The notes below the pieces were generated by a model. It saw only the letters and a list, made by a program, of their open reading frames with translations, made no database searches and had not been told where the DNA came from. From the NCBI RefSeq assembly GCF_009914755.1, contig NC_060934.1: 64,000 nt of DNA. One strand, given 5' to 3'. The DNA comes from the human T2T-CHM13v2.0 reference genome, Homo sapiens. This document shows positions 29,336 through 43,599 of the stretch, piece by piece. Every line of letters starts with the position of its first letter. Position 1 is the first letter of the stretch. A program made the position numbers and the translations under genes.

Positions 29336-30674
29336 ACATATCACTTCCTCCAAAGAAACCAAATATTTTATCCTCCTAATAAAAAATTCATTGAGAAATT
29401 TTTCATGTAAAACCTGAAATAGAGGCATTGAGATAAAATGGACTATTTTATGAGTACGACTGACTACCTAATATAAAAACTGAAGGGCAAAACAGTACTT
29501 TTGCTTGGAGGTAGTTATTATTGCTGTAAAAACTGTATTATTCCTAGAAACAAACCTGAAGCTTGAATCAGGAAACCTTAAATACAAAACCAATAACTCC
29601 CAATTAGCAAATCATCCAGCTCTCCTCCCTTTCTGTGCCTCTCTAACAAAGACACAAGCAGCTTCCTTACTAAGTCATTTTCTCAACAGTAAGGAGGAGT
29701 TTCTGAAGGAAATTGTTGATTGCCGGTGGCTCCAGGCCAGTTGCTGCTCATTAATGAGTAAGGGCAGAACTGCAAAAATGAAGTGTGGACCCAGATGTGA
29801 GACAAAACGGACAGCTGCACAGCCCATTTCGTGGGGCTGTGCCACAGGGAAAGGAAGAGAAAGAGAAAAGGCACAACCTAGTGATTATATCAGTGAAACA
29901 AATCACAGCATGAGGCCTCTTCCTTGAAATCCACATCTTTTTCTTGACTTCCCTGAAACCTCAATTCCCATCTCAAGAAACTCCCCTGAATTTTCTTCTT
30001 CTGGCTTCTCTTCTGCCTTCCCTTAAACGTGGGCCTTCCACAAGGTTCTCCACTTGGCAGCAATTTTATTCATATCTAGAGCTTAAATTATATCTTTTTG
30101 GATGCTTCATCCCCATCCTCTCCTGAATTTGCCTTTTTCCCCTGTTCCTTAAAATCAGTGGCACTGCCACTCTCCCTGGTTCAACACTTGGCATCATCTT
30201 CATTCTCTTACTCCCCACAACACACATAACCAATGATTAGATTATGGCCACCTTGCATACAAAAAGCCCTATTTCCCATTGACATATCCAAGGTCACTGT
30301 CATAGTTCAGAAACTCACCCACCATCCTCCATCTCCCATGTAGGCAATGACCTCTCATCTAATGTGTTCCTGCTTCCAATCTCCCATCATTTCCCAGGTT
30401 TCCGGGTGCTTCTAGTCTTTTTCTTAAACCTCATGCTTCTCCCCTTGCTTGAAAACTTCTAACAGCTCTTCAACAGACCTCAACAGGATAAACTTTTCAA
30501 GTACGCTTTCCAAGATCTGAGATCAATATGTTTTACCACTTTCCACATAACCTTTGCAGACATTCTAAACCATCTCCCCTCACTATCAAATGCTCTCCAC
30601 CCCCTAACCCCTGACAAAAGTTGTTTCCTGCCTCTGAGACCTTGGTTAGTAGCTGTCTGCTGTCTGAAATACTC

Positions 30675-30677
<3 letters not shown>

Positions 30678-30715
<38 letters not shown>

Positions 30716-30993
30716 CCGAGTCTCGCTCTGTCCCCCAGGATGGAGTGCACTGGCGCGATCTCAGCTCACTGCAAGCTGTGCCTCCTGGGTACGCCATTCT
30801 CCTGCCTCAGCCTCCCGGGTAGCTGGGACTACAGGCGCCCACCACCACGCCCGGCTAATTTTTTTTTGTATTCTTATTAGAGACGGGATTTCACTGTGTT
30901 AGCCAGGATGGTCTCGACCTCCTGACCTCGTGATCTGCCCGCCTCGGCCTCCCAAAGTGCTGGGATTGCAGGCGTGAGCCATCACGCCCGGCC
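30678..30993 (-). mobile_element. AluY SINE
   Basis: Y diagnostics (cactgcaagct, gccattctc, ttagccaggatggtctcga); long poly-T; perfect TSD tgaaatactcaac(tttt). Confidence 0.96.
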
Positions 30994-31069
30994 TGAAATA
31001 CTCAACTTTTAACACACAGTTATATTTATTTATTTCAAAGAACTAAGATTTTATTTTTTAAAAAATATA

Positions 31070-31530
31070 ATTTCTACTTTTATTTTATATTCAAGGGATA
31101 CATGTGCAGGTTTGTTACATAGATATAATGTGTGATGCTGAGGTTTGGGGTACAAATTTTCCTGTTACCCAGGTAGTGAGCATAGTACCCAACTGGTAGT
31201 TGTTCAGCCCTTGCCCCTCCCTCCCTATCTAGTAGTCCCCAGTGTCTGTTGTTCCATTCTTTATGTCCATGTGTACCCAACATTTAGCTCCCACTCATAA
31301 GTGAGAATATACAGTATTTGGTTTACCAGTTCTGTGATAATTCCCTTAGGATGATGGCCTCCAGCTGCATTCACATTGTCGCAAGGGACATGATTTTGTT
31401 ACTTTTATGGCTACAAAGTATTCCATGGTGTATGTACACCACATTTTCTTTATTCAATCCACCACTGATGGGCACCTAGGTTGATTCCATGTCTTTGCTA
31501 TTGTGAATAGTGATGTGAAGAACACATGAA
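31070..31530 (-). mobile_element. L1PA15/16-like 3' fragment
   Basis: tacatgtgcaggtttgttac...gctgaggtttggggtac...caggtagtgagcatagtaccc 3'UTR. Confidence 0.88.
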
Positions 31531-32494
31531 TTAATAGCAAGTTTAAATGCCACCTCCTTCAGGGGTCTTCCTGAATCCTTGGTTAAGAATTCATTGTATC
31601 CTCCTCTTCTACAAACCAAGGATCCTTAATTGTACCCTTCCTATGAAAGTCGCATTTATAGTACTCTGGCTTTATTCTAGATAGCTATACACCCAGCAGT
31701 GCCTTTGCTATCAGGAAGTTTACAGTCTAGCTAGGGAAACCTTGCTTTATTCACATTTCTAACTTCCATGGGATAATATTCAATGCTCTAAAAATTATAG
31801 GAGATTAAAGGATTTTTTTCAGTCAAATATCACTGTGAAAGGCTCTGAACACTGGGTTAAGGACACCATTTTAGAAAATATTTTTTAATAATAAGTGACA
31901 ACAGCAAGACTGTCTGATTTGAAAGACAAAAAGAATGAAAAGAGCAAATGAGAGAGAAAAAAAGTAGAAGTTGATGTGTTATTTTTCTTTCTTAAAACAC
32001 AAATTTGACTGTTTTATAAAAATCAAGTAAGTATTTAAATCTGAGGGAAAATGTTGCACTTGTTTTAAGACATCAGATTACAAAATGCATTTGAGACTAT
32101 CACATGAATTTATTTCATTGCATAAGTATATTTTATGGTAGATTTTCCATGAGGGACGGAAAATGTCTTCCTGGTGCCTGTCCTAGTCCTAATGCCTAGT
32201 ACATATAAGATACGTTGATACTTGTTGAATGAATAAATGTTTACTCAGCCTTATCTCTCTCCAGTTGCCCGCTAATCTCTCACTTCCTCTTCATAGGCAA
32301 ACTACTGCAAATAATCATAGACACTCATCTTTCTTCTCTTACCACCCAGTGACAGCTCACAGCAGTTCAGTCTAACCTCTGCCTTAGCACCTTGTTTCCT
32401 GTGCTGAGACAGTGACGTCCACTTTGCCCCTACTCTGGGTAGGTTTCCAACTTTGGTGCTGAAGCAGAAGCAGGAAGGAAAACTGAGGCTGTAG

Positions 32495-33042
<548 letters not shown>

Positions 33043-33339
33043 AACCTCAGACTGTTCTATGCCCAAACTCCATCCTAGTTTCTCTCTCTTTCTAGTGGAC
33101 ACCAATAGGCCAATGATTTTTCTCTCTATCTTGTCTACTCCCCAAGAATCTTTTTGAGACAGATGCAAGACATGAACACGTAAAATACTCTCAAACAGGC
33201 AGGACGACAGACAGAACCAGTTACAACTGTATTTCCTGTACATATCACTTAGCAATTTCTCTTTATTTTAATTCAAAAATAATTCTCTCCTGACCAGTAT
33301 TCTCCATCCGTGCTCAATAAAACACACATTTCTCAGTCT

Positions 33340-34780
<1,441 letters not shown>

Positions 34781-36889
34781 CTTTTTTGAAAGTGTGAGTG
34801 TGTGAAATCAGTATGAAAAGACATAAATTCAGTGAGAAACATGTACCCCTAGGCTGGCATTTAAAAATCCAACTCAGGATTTTTAAATCCTGGGGTACAT
34901 TTTGCACAGAACTGGGGTCAGTCACAAGAGCATTGAAAGCCTTGAATGGATATAAGAAACGAAAGTAGGAAGATTTACCTTCTCATTCACGCTTAGTAGT
35001 GGGTGAATGGGAATAATAGGGGTTTTTGAATGAAACATTTCACCTGAGCAGATGTAACTGGTTTTATGATATAAGATGTGTGCTAAGATATGAAGGTAGT
35101 ATTTTCCAATCCTATTATCTTCATTTTCGCTACTGTATATATTGAATAAGAGTCATTACAAGGGGAGGAATGAAGGACAAAGTCCACAGACATGCTGGAG
35201 GGGACACAAAGGAGAGAAGATATTTCAAAAATGCCTAAGTCTCTGGATTGTAGATATTCTGCTGGATATGCCTTTTTATATCTTAGCTTCTAAAATTTAT
35301 GTCATCAAATGCAATATAATTGTCTCTGCTTCCATATGGTGACAGAATTCTAGCAACTGTATCAGGATCTCAATAAATAGGCGAAACTCAAATGTTGCAT
35401 AAGATGTTTTCCCTCAGTCACATTTTTCTCATGCCCCCAAATCATGAAACACAAATTTTGTAAATTAGAATAGTATCAGTTATGAATGCACTTCTGCAAT
35501 TATGAGAGTAAAAACATTCCACATTGAAATAAGAAATGCCATCTGATTTTGATCTAACACAAAGGGGAAAAAAACACATTCCATTTAAGAATGACAAATA
35601 AAGCTGTCAATGTGATCCATTTATAGCCCCACAGAGAATGCCACAAATCCACATAATGTTCTAAAGAAGCCAGTTATTGTATTTGCTCTCTCAAAGAAAG
35701 AAATCGTAGAAGTCCCAGATAGACTCCTATCCAAGGAAACTAAGGTTAGCAGGAATAACTTGCTTTAGTCAATGTCTTAGGTGCATGCCTCTTTAAGAAG
35801 AGAACGAGGGCTTCGGGCATTTTATTAAATAGTGTGTAACAATGGAAATGGTGGAATGATGGAGGGGACGTGTCTCTCTGCTTGGTTAGGTAAAAAGAGG
35901 AGCTGTAAGAAAATGGAGAAAACCCATTGTCTTCATTGCACCAGCTCCATCTCTTCTTACTGGTGTAATGAGGCCTCTTTCCAAAGGTCTACTGCTGACA
36001 AAAATTACAATAAGCCATAAAACCTTAATTATAAACGTTCAAAGTGCTAGTCATTTTAAAGCATTTTTTAATGGGTTATTTCAGGCTCAGCTACAAGGGC
36101 ACATGCCAAAAACAAAACACCAGAAATATATCTCTTTATTCCTTATTACAATACTCAAGCTTTCTTCTTTTAAGAGGTAGTTTCTATTATATACATATGC
36201 ATATATTCATGTGTAAGTATATATAAAATATGACCCTCTGCAAGGCATAACTGATTTTTTTCTCCTTTGCATTGCCTGCTCAAAAACTGAGAACAAAATT
36301 TGTTACTATCTTCTAGCAAGAGTGTTGAATTTCATGGCATAAATTTTCAGTATGAATCTCTCTCATGGCCCTATCTTATGTTCTTAGCCTTATTTTTTTC
36401 CTTTGACTCATTTTTTCTTACCTATTTGAAATACATTTTATATTGCTCTACGGTGTATATTTTATTAGCCTTTTTCTGTAGGCCCTAAATCCTTTCCAGC
36501 ATATAAATAAAATATATAACATTTATAGGTAGTCTTTTTTTTTTCCTCTGGAGGGTTGCAAAATTCTCCAAAGGCAACATGTAATTGATTACTGTAAAAA
36601 TATGAGCATTAAAATTTATAATTCTTTTGTAGTAATTAATTTTTTGGTGACATTTAGCTCAATAGTGCAATTAGATTTTCTTAATATTTGTATATACACT
36701 TTTAGAGCTGAGGTTCTTAGCCTGAGATCCATGAACTTAAATTATATGCAAAAAATTGTGTATGTAAATTTTCACTGGGGAGGAGTTTCAAAATTTTAAT
36801 CCAATTCTGAAAGGTAAATGTGACTCAAAATATTAGAAATTATTGCTATGTGTTAGGATAACACTAAAAAACCATATCCTGATCTTTAT

Positions 36890-37240
36890 TAATTCAACGA
36901 ATTGACAAAATATTTGTTGAGTATCTGTGAAATGCCTGGCACTATAATAGATCCTGGGAAGACAACAGTAAACATGCAGGCTTGACCTCTGACCTCAGGG
37001 TACTTCTAGTCCAGTAAGGATGAGGATAAGCAATTAAAAAATGAAATAATCAAATGGTAGTATACTACAATAAATAAAACAAAGTGATGTAATAGAAAGT
37101 GAGTGAGATTAGGTGGTCAGGGAGGACTTCTCTGAGGAGGTGACATCTTATCTGGGCCAAGCACCATCTGAGGGAAGAATATTCCAGAGAAACGTAACAG
37201 CTAATAATGCAAAGACCCTATGGGAGAAACAGGCTTGTGA
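36890..37240 (-). mobile_element. L2 3' fragment
   Basis: aaatatttgttgagtatctgtgaaatgcctggcact...ggtggtcagggaggacttctctgaggaggtgacat. Confidence 0.75.
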
Positions 37241-37745
37241 AAATGATAGCACTTCCAGAAAATACAAATGGTAGATCTCCAAGTTCACATTTTCCATAAT
37301 ACTTCAGTCTTGAAATATCTGCATGATGTTTCCCTTCTCTTTTTTTAAAAAGTTAGATTTTCTAATGTGAGGGAAAGATATCCTCAGGAAAAAAAATGCA
37401 ATGCATTTTATTATACATTAAATTCATTCAATAAATATTTGAGTCTACTATCTTTAAGGCACTGTGGGAGATGCTCTCCAGGTGCTTAGCATAAACTAAA
37501 TAAAAAATAACTGTCATACATGCAACTATGATGTACCTTAAACCAATCTTGTATTGTTCCATCTCATAAGTTTATGAGCCAAGTAAATTCTAGGGCCCAG
37601 ACACTTTAATGCACAAGAAACCCAAAGCTCTTTAGAAAGGCACCAATCACCCTGTCACAGTTGAAGATAGATAAGTAAAAAAACAAAACAAAACAAAACA
37701 AAAAACAGAGCACATAATGAAAGATGCGGCTAAAAATTCTTTCAA

Positions 37746-37791
37746 ATTTTCCAAGCCATGGAGTAACATTGTACTCCATGGCTTGGAAAAT
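37746..37791. repeat. Perfect 20-bp inverted repeat, 6-nt spacer
   Basis: attttccaagccatggagta-acattg-tactccatggcttggaaaat. Confidence 0.97.
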
Positions 37792-37974
37792 GGTTTAAAC
37801 AACCCTGGCTGCGTACATCAATACATTAAGGTGTGACTAAAGATCATAAATAGCTCCCACATTATTAGATGCTTTCTTGAACTAAATTATTTATGAGTAT
37901 ATCAAAGAAAATAATATACCAGTAAGAGGACTATATTGCTTTGGTCACAAAATTCCATGCTGGGAAATTCTTAC

Positions 37975-38165
37975 ATGCTGGCAAATGCTTACTGTGTACC
38001 AGGCACCTTACTGAGGACTCAGTGCACATACCTTTGAGGAAGGGATGTTACTACTTTTATTTTACCTATAGGAAGAAACTAAGGTGTAGAGAAGCAAAAT
38101 GACTGGCCTGGGGGAGGAACCATCAGAGATTGGAACCTAAGCAGTCTGGCTCCAGAGCACCCAAG
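37975..38165 (-). mobile_element. MIR
   Basis: tgcttactgtgtaccaggcac...gaagaaactaagg...gcagtctggctccagag. Confidence 0.7.
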
Positions 38166-38699
38166 ATATCATTTCCAAAATTAGTGGTCAGCCTTATTAC
38201 CTACTCAAGGGAAACCTGGCTGCTTTGCAAATTATCTCTGATAACCTCATTTTATCTTACTGTTTAAAAGGCTTTGGGGAACAACATTCACACGCTGATT
38301 AATTTAAATATTGGCCAAAAAAGATGGCAAACCTGCTATTAAGAGTAACACATACAATTTGAAAATGTTTATTTGGATCAGAGTAAATTATCTGAATTAT
38401 CCATAATATTTCCTCTTAGGAGAAATAATAAAGGGTTGAATGTACTTATTTAAAAAATCTCAGAAGTACACACAGCATTTTGCTCACTTGTTTCTGCCCT
38501 TATTGTTTTTTGTTAATGCAATTTCAACTTGGAAAAGGGAGATTTTAAAGCTATATTCAAATCCAGAAATCAATCATTTTCCTCTTTTTTTCACTTCCCC
38601 CAAGATAAAAAAAAAAATCAGGTTCAAGCAGGTTGCTGAGACTTGCCTTTCTTGAACAATATTAGGGGCAGCAGGAGCATATCATAGTATTTATGCACC

Positions 38700-38910
38700 A
38701 TTAATTGAATATTTATGCAGTATCACACACTGTGCTAAGCACCAAACAACTTCATTTTATTCTCACAACAACCCCATTAGTAGCTTCTATTATTATTCCC
38801 AATTCACAACTCAGGAGATGGGGACTCACAGAAGTTGCTCACAAGTCAAAGAACTCATAGCTCGTAAATGGAGGAGCTCTTACCAGGCTGATTGACTCTG
38901 GAGCTTGGGC
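38700..38910 (-). mobile_element. MIR
   Basis: cactgtgctaagc...tctcacaacaacccc...tattattcccaattcac. Confidence 0.7.
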
Positions 38911-39263
38911 TTCCTATGATTTTTCTTATTCTTTCCTTTAGTTTGATCATGTTCTCCCCACTTACATATCAATGAAGACTCTTTATTTTCCAACATGGGC
39001 AGTCTAAACCCTTCAGAACTTAAGACTGTCCACAATCCAGTTCTTTTTTTTACCTGCCCAAGCTGATTTATCAGTATTCTGAACTAAATACCCTCAAGGC
39101 CTGAGGGAATCTGCCTCCTTTCAAAGCTTCAGATGTCTTCCCACCCACAATCCAGCTAAATTCTACTGCTCTTTAAGGCCTAGTTCAACTATACTTTTCA
39201 CAGTCACCTTCCAGACCTTTCCAGCCCAGAGAAAATAGCCTGAGGAATTTGCCTCGCTGTCCA

Positions 39264-39312
39264 CCATTGTAGATGACCTGATGTCCCCCACTGTAGATGA
39301 CCTGATGTCCCC
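39264..39312. repeat. Tandem duplication, period 24
   Basis: ccaYtgtagatgacctgatgtccc x2. Confidence 0.92.
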
Positions 39313-39492
39313 GAGAGCTTCGGCAGCCTGGAACCCAAGGGATGGTTATGCGAGGGCTGTTGGAATGTGCCATGGGGGCATTTTTCTCAGGAGGACGTCC
39401 AGAGCTTTTATCAATTTCATTAAGCTTAACAACCACCACTCAGCACCCTTACTTCTAGAAACTAATGACACTGAACACTAATGTTCTCTGAT

Positions 39493-39620
39493 CAGGAATG
39501 CCAGATTTAGCAAATAAAAATATTATACGGGAGACACAATTTTACTAAAACATGATTTGTTGTGTATTTGAAATCCAGATTTAACTAGGCATCCTGTATT
39601 TGATTTGCAAACTTATCCTG
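39493..39620. mobile_element. MER53 hAT MITE (internally deleted)
   Basis: tgccagatttagcaaataaaaata ... tttaactaggcatcctgtattt matches recalled MER53. Confidence 0.75.
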
Positions 39621-39822
39621 AATGTTTTGTGGATATTAATCTTATCTCTCAGCTGTACAGAATGTAACCATCTGGAGAACAAGGGACTTCACTATTTCCT
39701 CATGAAACTTAACACTCAACTCTTATTACTACTTATCAATTTATTTTTGTGGTCCAATAGAAACATTTTTGAACATGCTTGATTTGAGCCAATATCAAGT
39801 CTAGTAGCCACAGCATGGTTAT

Positions 39823-39824
<2 letters not shown>

Positions 39825-39867
<43 letters not shown>
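39825..39867. repeat. (CA)21 microsatellite
   Basis: Uninterrupted AC run. Confidence 0.98.
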
Positions 39868-39868
<1 letters not shown>

Positions 39869-40109
39869 CTTTTGCTACAATGAAACAAATGTCATCATAC
39901 CTAGCAAACAATTTTAATCATCTCTGCTATTAGCTGGATTCAAACACACTGAGTTCCTCCCGAAATATCTTTTTTAAAAATATCCTCTTAGGAAGAATCT
40001 GGGGAAATTAAAAAGATATCAAAATTGTGATTGGATCTCAAAATGAGATCTTCGGACCATTTGATTGAGAAATCACCAAAGATATTTGTCAAAATGCAGT
40101 TGTGTGGGT

Positions 40110-40216
40110 GCAATCTCAAACCTATTAATTCAGAACTGTGCATAATGGCTCCAAGCAATCTGTGATTTTAAAAAGCCTTCCAGATGATTTTTATGCCCTC
40201 TAAACTTTAAGAACTG
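40110..40216. mobile_element. MER5-type hAT fragment
   Basis: aagcaatctgtgattttaaaaagccttccagatgatttttatgc...tttaagaactg. Confidence 0.55.
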
Positions 40217-41049
40217 TTTGTTTATAAAATGTAATACTTTAGCAAGGATTGCTGTCTATGTTAGAGAAGAAAAGTTAACATTTTGGTGCTTAAAGATAAG
40301 CCATCAATATTTTGAGGTTCAAACTAGCAATCATCTTTTAAATGTATCTTTAATCTATCACACCAGTGTTAAATGCTCAGCCCTGTAAATTTTCTATTTG
40401 GACTGTCCAAGCATTTAAATAGAATTGGTAAACTAATGATAAGTATTAAAAGGCTGCTTGATGGATTATTAAAATAGTAAATGTGTCACCGAAGTTTATA
40501 GAGACCAGAAGAAATTTAAAAATAGGTTATACATACTAAGATGTTCTAATGCTGCTACTCAGGATTGGTCTGGGCAACCTAAGGCTCTTTTGAATTTCTG
40601 AAAGAAAGCATCATTGTCCAAAGCTCCTTACTGCTGTTGACTGGGTGGTCCTCACTATTTTTGATCTGAGTGAAAAGAATGCTGTTTATAAGTCAGAAGG
40701 CTTAGGTTCTATAGCTTATGGTCTGTTTTGGGGGGCTTCAGTTTGCTCATCAATAAAACAATGGCTGAGACTATTAGCTGATCTCTAAGGTATTGTCTAG
40801 ACCTAAATTTCTATTATCATTCTGAGCTTCAGTTTCCTCTGCCGTAAAATATGGGGTTGTACTAGGTGCAGTGTGTCCATTTGTCCTGTGTGTCTGAGGG
40901 CGGCCCTGTCGTCTCCATTATGGTACTCAGATCTCCATTCATAATTCAGGCTCACCCTCTCTAACACTATAAGATCAATGATGCTTCATTTAGGCTTTCC
41001 CAAGGAAGGGACAATATATTAGCCATTCACACGTGTCTTTTATAAGAGA

Positions 41050-41450
41050 TAATTACTTATTCAAACATACTTACAGACCAACAACTATGTGCTATTCATC
41101 ACTGTGCTAGGCCCTGGGAATACAGTAATGAAAAAAGTCAGAAAACAGAGTTCTGGCCTATGCAGCCTACATTCTGATGGGGAAGTAAGGAGTGATGGGG
41201 AAGAAGACAAAAACAACAGTCATATTAAACAAATATAAATAAGAGACTTCGGTTTGTAATCGGCTCCGTGAGGGATAACTGAGGGCTGAGATAGAGAAGA
41301 ACAGAAAGGTGTTCAGAAGAAGACTCCTAGAGGAAGTGCAATTTACTTAGACCTAAAGGAAGAAAAGAAGAAAAACGGGAAGGAAGGGGGTGGAAAAAGG
41401 GGAAGGGAGAGCATATGCTGGGATCCTGTGGGAGAAATAGCTTATGTGCT
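41050..41450 (-). mobile_element. L2 3' fragment
   Basis: attcaaacatacttac...cactgtgctaggccctgggaatacagtaatgaa. Confidence 0.7.
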
Positions 41451-41489
41451 TGGCATCCAAAATCCTGGAACTGTCTCTTCTATCTCTGA

Positions 41490-41835
41490 GAGATAATTTA
41501 ATCCAAAGCTAGTGAAAGGAAACCAGAGGCCCAGAGGGTTTAAAGGACTTCTCTGAGGTCAAATGGCTAATTAATAGAAGAACTCTTCCACACTTCAGTG
41601 CAGAATGTGAACTCTTCTTAGAGACTGCAACGCAGCAGGAAGTACCAGACTGTAGTGGTTCAAATCCTGGCTTTTCTATTCATAAACTGCTCATCCTTGG
41701 GCATGAAAGCTTCTTTGAGCCTCAGTTTTCTTTTCTGTGAAACACAGACAACGCCTGCCTCACCAGATTATTACAAGAATTTAATGAGATATTGTGGCAC
41801 AGTGCCTAGTATATCACAGCTGCTCCGGAAATGCA
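41490..41835. mobile_element. Two MIRs in opposite orientation
   Basis: ggaaaccagaggcccagagggtt (minus) and ggttcaaatcctggct...gagcctcagttttc (plus). Confidence 0.65.
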
Positions 41836-43599
41836 AGCTCTTTTATTTTTCACCTAGTGCACTTTCACCTGTACCAACTTGTTGTCAAATCAAGACAAAG
41901 TAGAGCAGAGGTTAAGTTACTTGGATAAAGGAGGAGTGGCGGCAGAGGGAAGGTTGTAGAATACTGGAATGGAGCCTATTTAGCAACTGCGCATCCAAAT
42001 TTTAGTGAAGGAAATGAAAAGAAAAGTCCACTAAAATGGACAAGTGTCAAAAAAAAGACATCCCCAACTTCATTAAGGTCACAGCTTAACCTGCTAGTGG
42101 TAAATCTAGAGTTGTCTACCTAAAACAACAACAAAAAAGATCCCTTGTATCAGTATTTATACTTAAAAGTAGCGTATAAGAAACGGGTTTTACTCTAGGA
42201 TGTCGGTAAACAGAAGAACGACACACTTTGTTATTCAAACCATGCTAAGAGAAAAATGTTAATATGCCACTAAATCAACTGGGAACAAACCAATTATCTG
42301 CAGGATATTAAAATGATAGCTGGTGTTAAGGATGCTTCAAAACCAAGCCCATGATATTGGAGGAATCAATAATTAATCCAAGTAGGTATACAGATTTTCT
42401 TCATTGTCTGTGAACAAAACCACAGGTTGAATTCAACCTTAAAATGCCAAGAGGCATATTTCATGGATTAGACTGGAAAGCTATGAGGCTATTCCACAAA
42501 AACCTGCATGCCCTCCCTGTTAGGGAATGTTTATGGTTCAGACACACATGAACCAGGGCTGACTATTTCTTAGTTTCAGAAGTTCACTGGGTCCCTCTTC
42601 ACCCAACCGTAAGGTAAATGCCATTTCATATACAGCTTTTTGAAATGCAGCTTATTTTACGATTCTCTGCTGTTGCTTTATGGGAGAAATTTTATTTCAA
42701 AGTTTCATAGGATGTGAACTGAACTCGTTATTTTGCTCCAAACTCATTGTTTAATTGACAGGAAACATGCATCTAAATCATCTTACATGCATGGCATAAG
42801 CAGCTACATAAATTTAACAATGGGTGGATTATTACTATTTAGCATATTTATAGAATTTTAGACTCAGGAAGCATTTTACAAATCTTTTATTAGTTAATCC
42901 TTACGCTTCCGAGTGCATCTGACAGGTGGTAAACAATGCTTTGGGGTTTAAATTGCCAATACATGAAAACTTTAATGGGGAAAAAGAAATCTACAGCCTT
43001 CCTCCTTGCTCCCAAATGTGTCTAGGGCACATTTTTGATACCTACTTCTTCTCACCAGAGACTAAGGCTAGCGGCCCAAGAAGCAGAGTTGCACACACTG
43101 AAACACTAGTAATAAAAAATATATATTTTGGGTTTTTTCCCAGATCTGGTGGCCAACACCAGGGGAGACCTTCTCACCAAGAGCAAGATGATGCGACAGG
43201 ATTCTCAGCACACACACCTCTCAGTAATACAGCGCATAAAAAGGCACATAAAGAAGCAGTCAATTTCTCTAAAACTATACGGTAAACTTAGTTTCGAATT
43301 CAAATTCTAACAATGCCACACCTGCTGGACTCATTATTTGAGTGACATCACCAGTGATTACTTCTCTTAAAATACATGCATGTGTATTGAAAAATAAAAC
43401 TCAATTTAAACTAAGAGAATGTATATCTTCATTTTTTTTTAATTCCCAAGTGTTAAAAATCAAGTGAGTATTCAAGCTCACTTGAATACCAGTTCAAACT
43501 TTGTATGAGTGCTCCAAAATACCCCATCTCCAGACACCACAAGGTGTGGCATAGCAGGGCAAAGCAAGCCTCAATAAATCAAAGTCTAGTTCTTGACCC

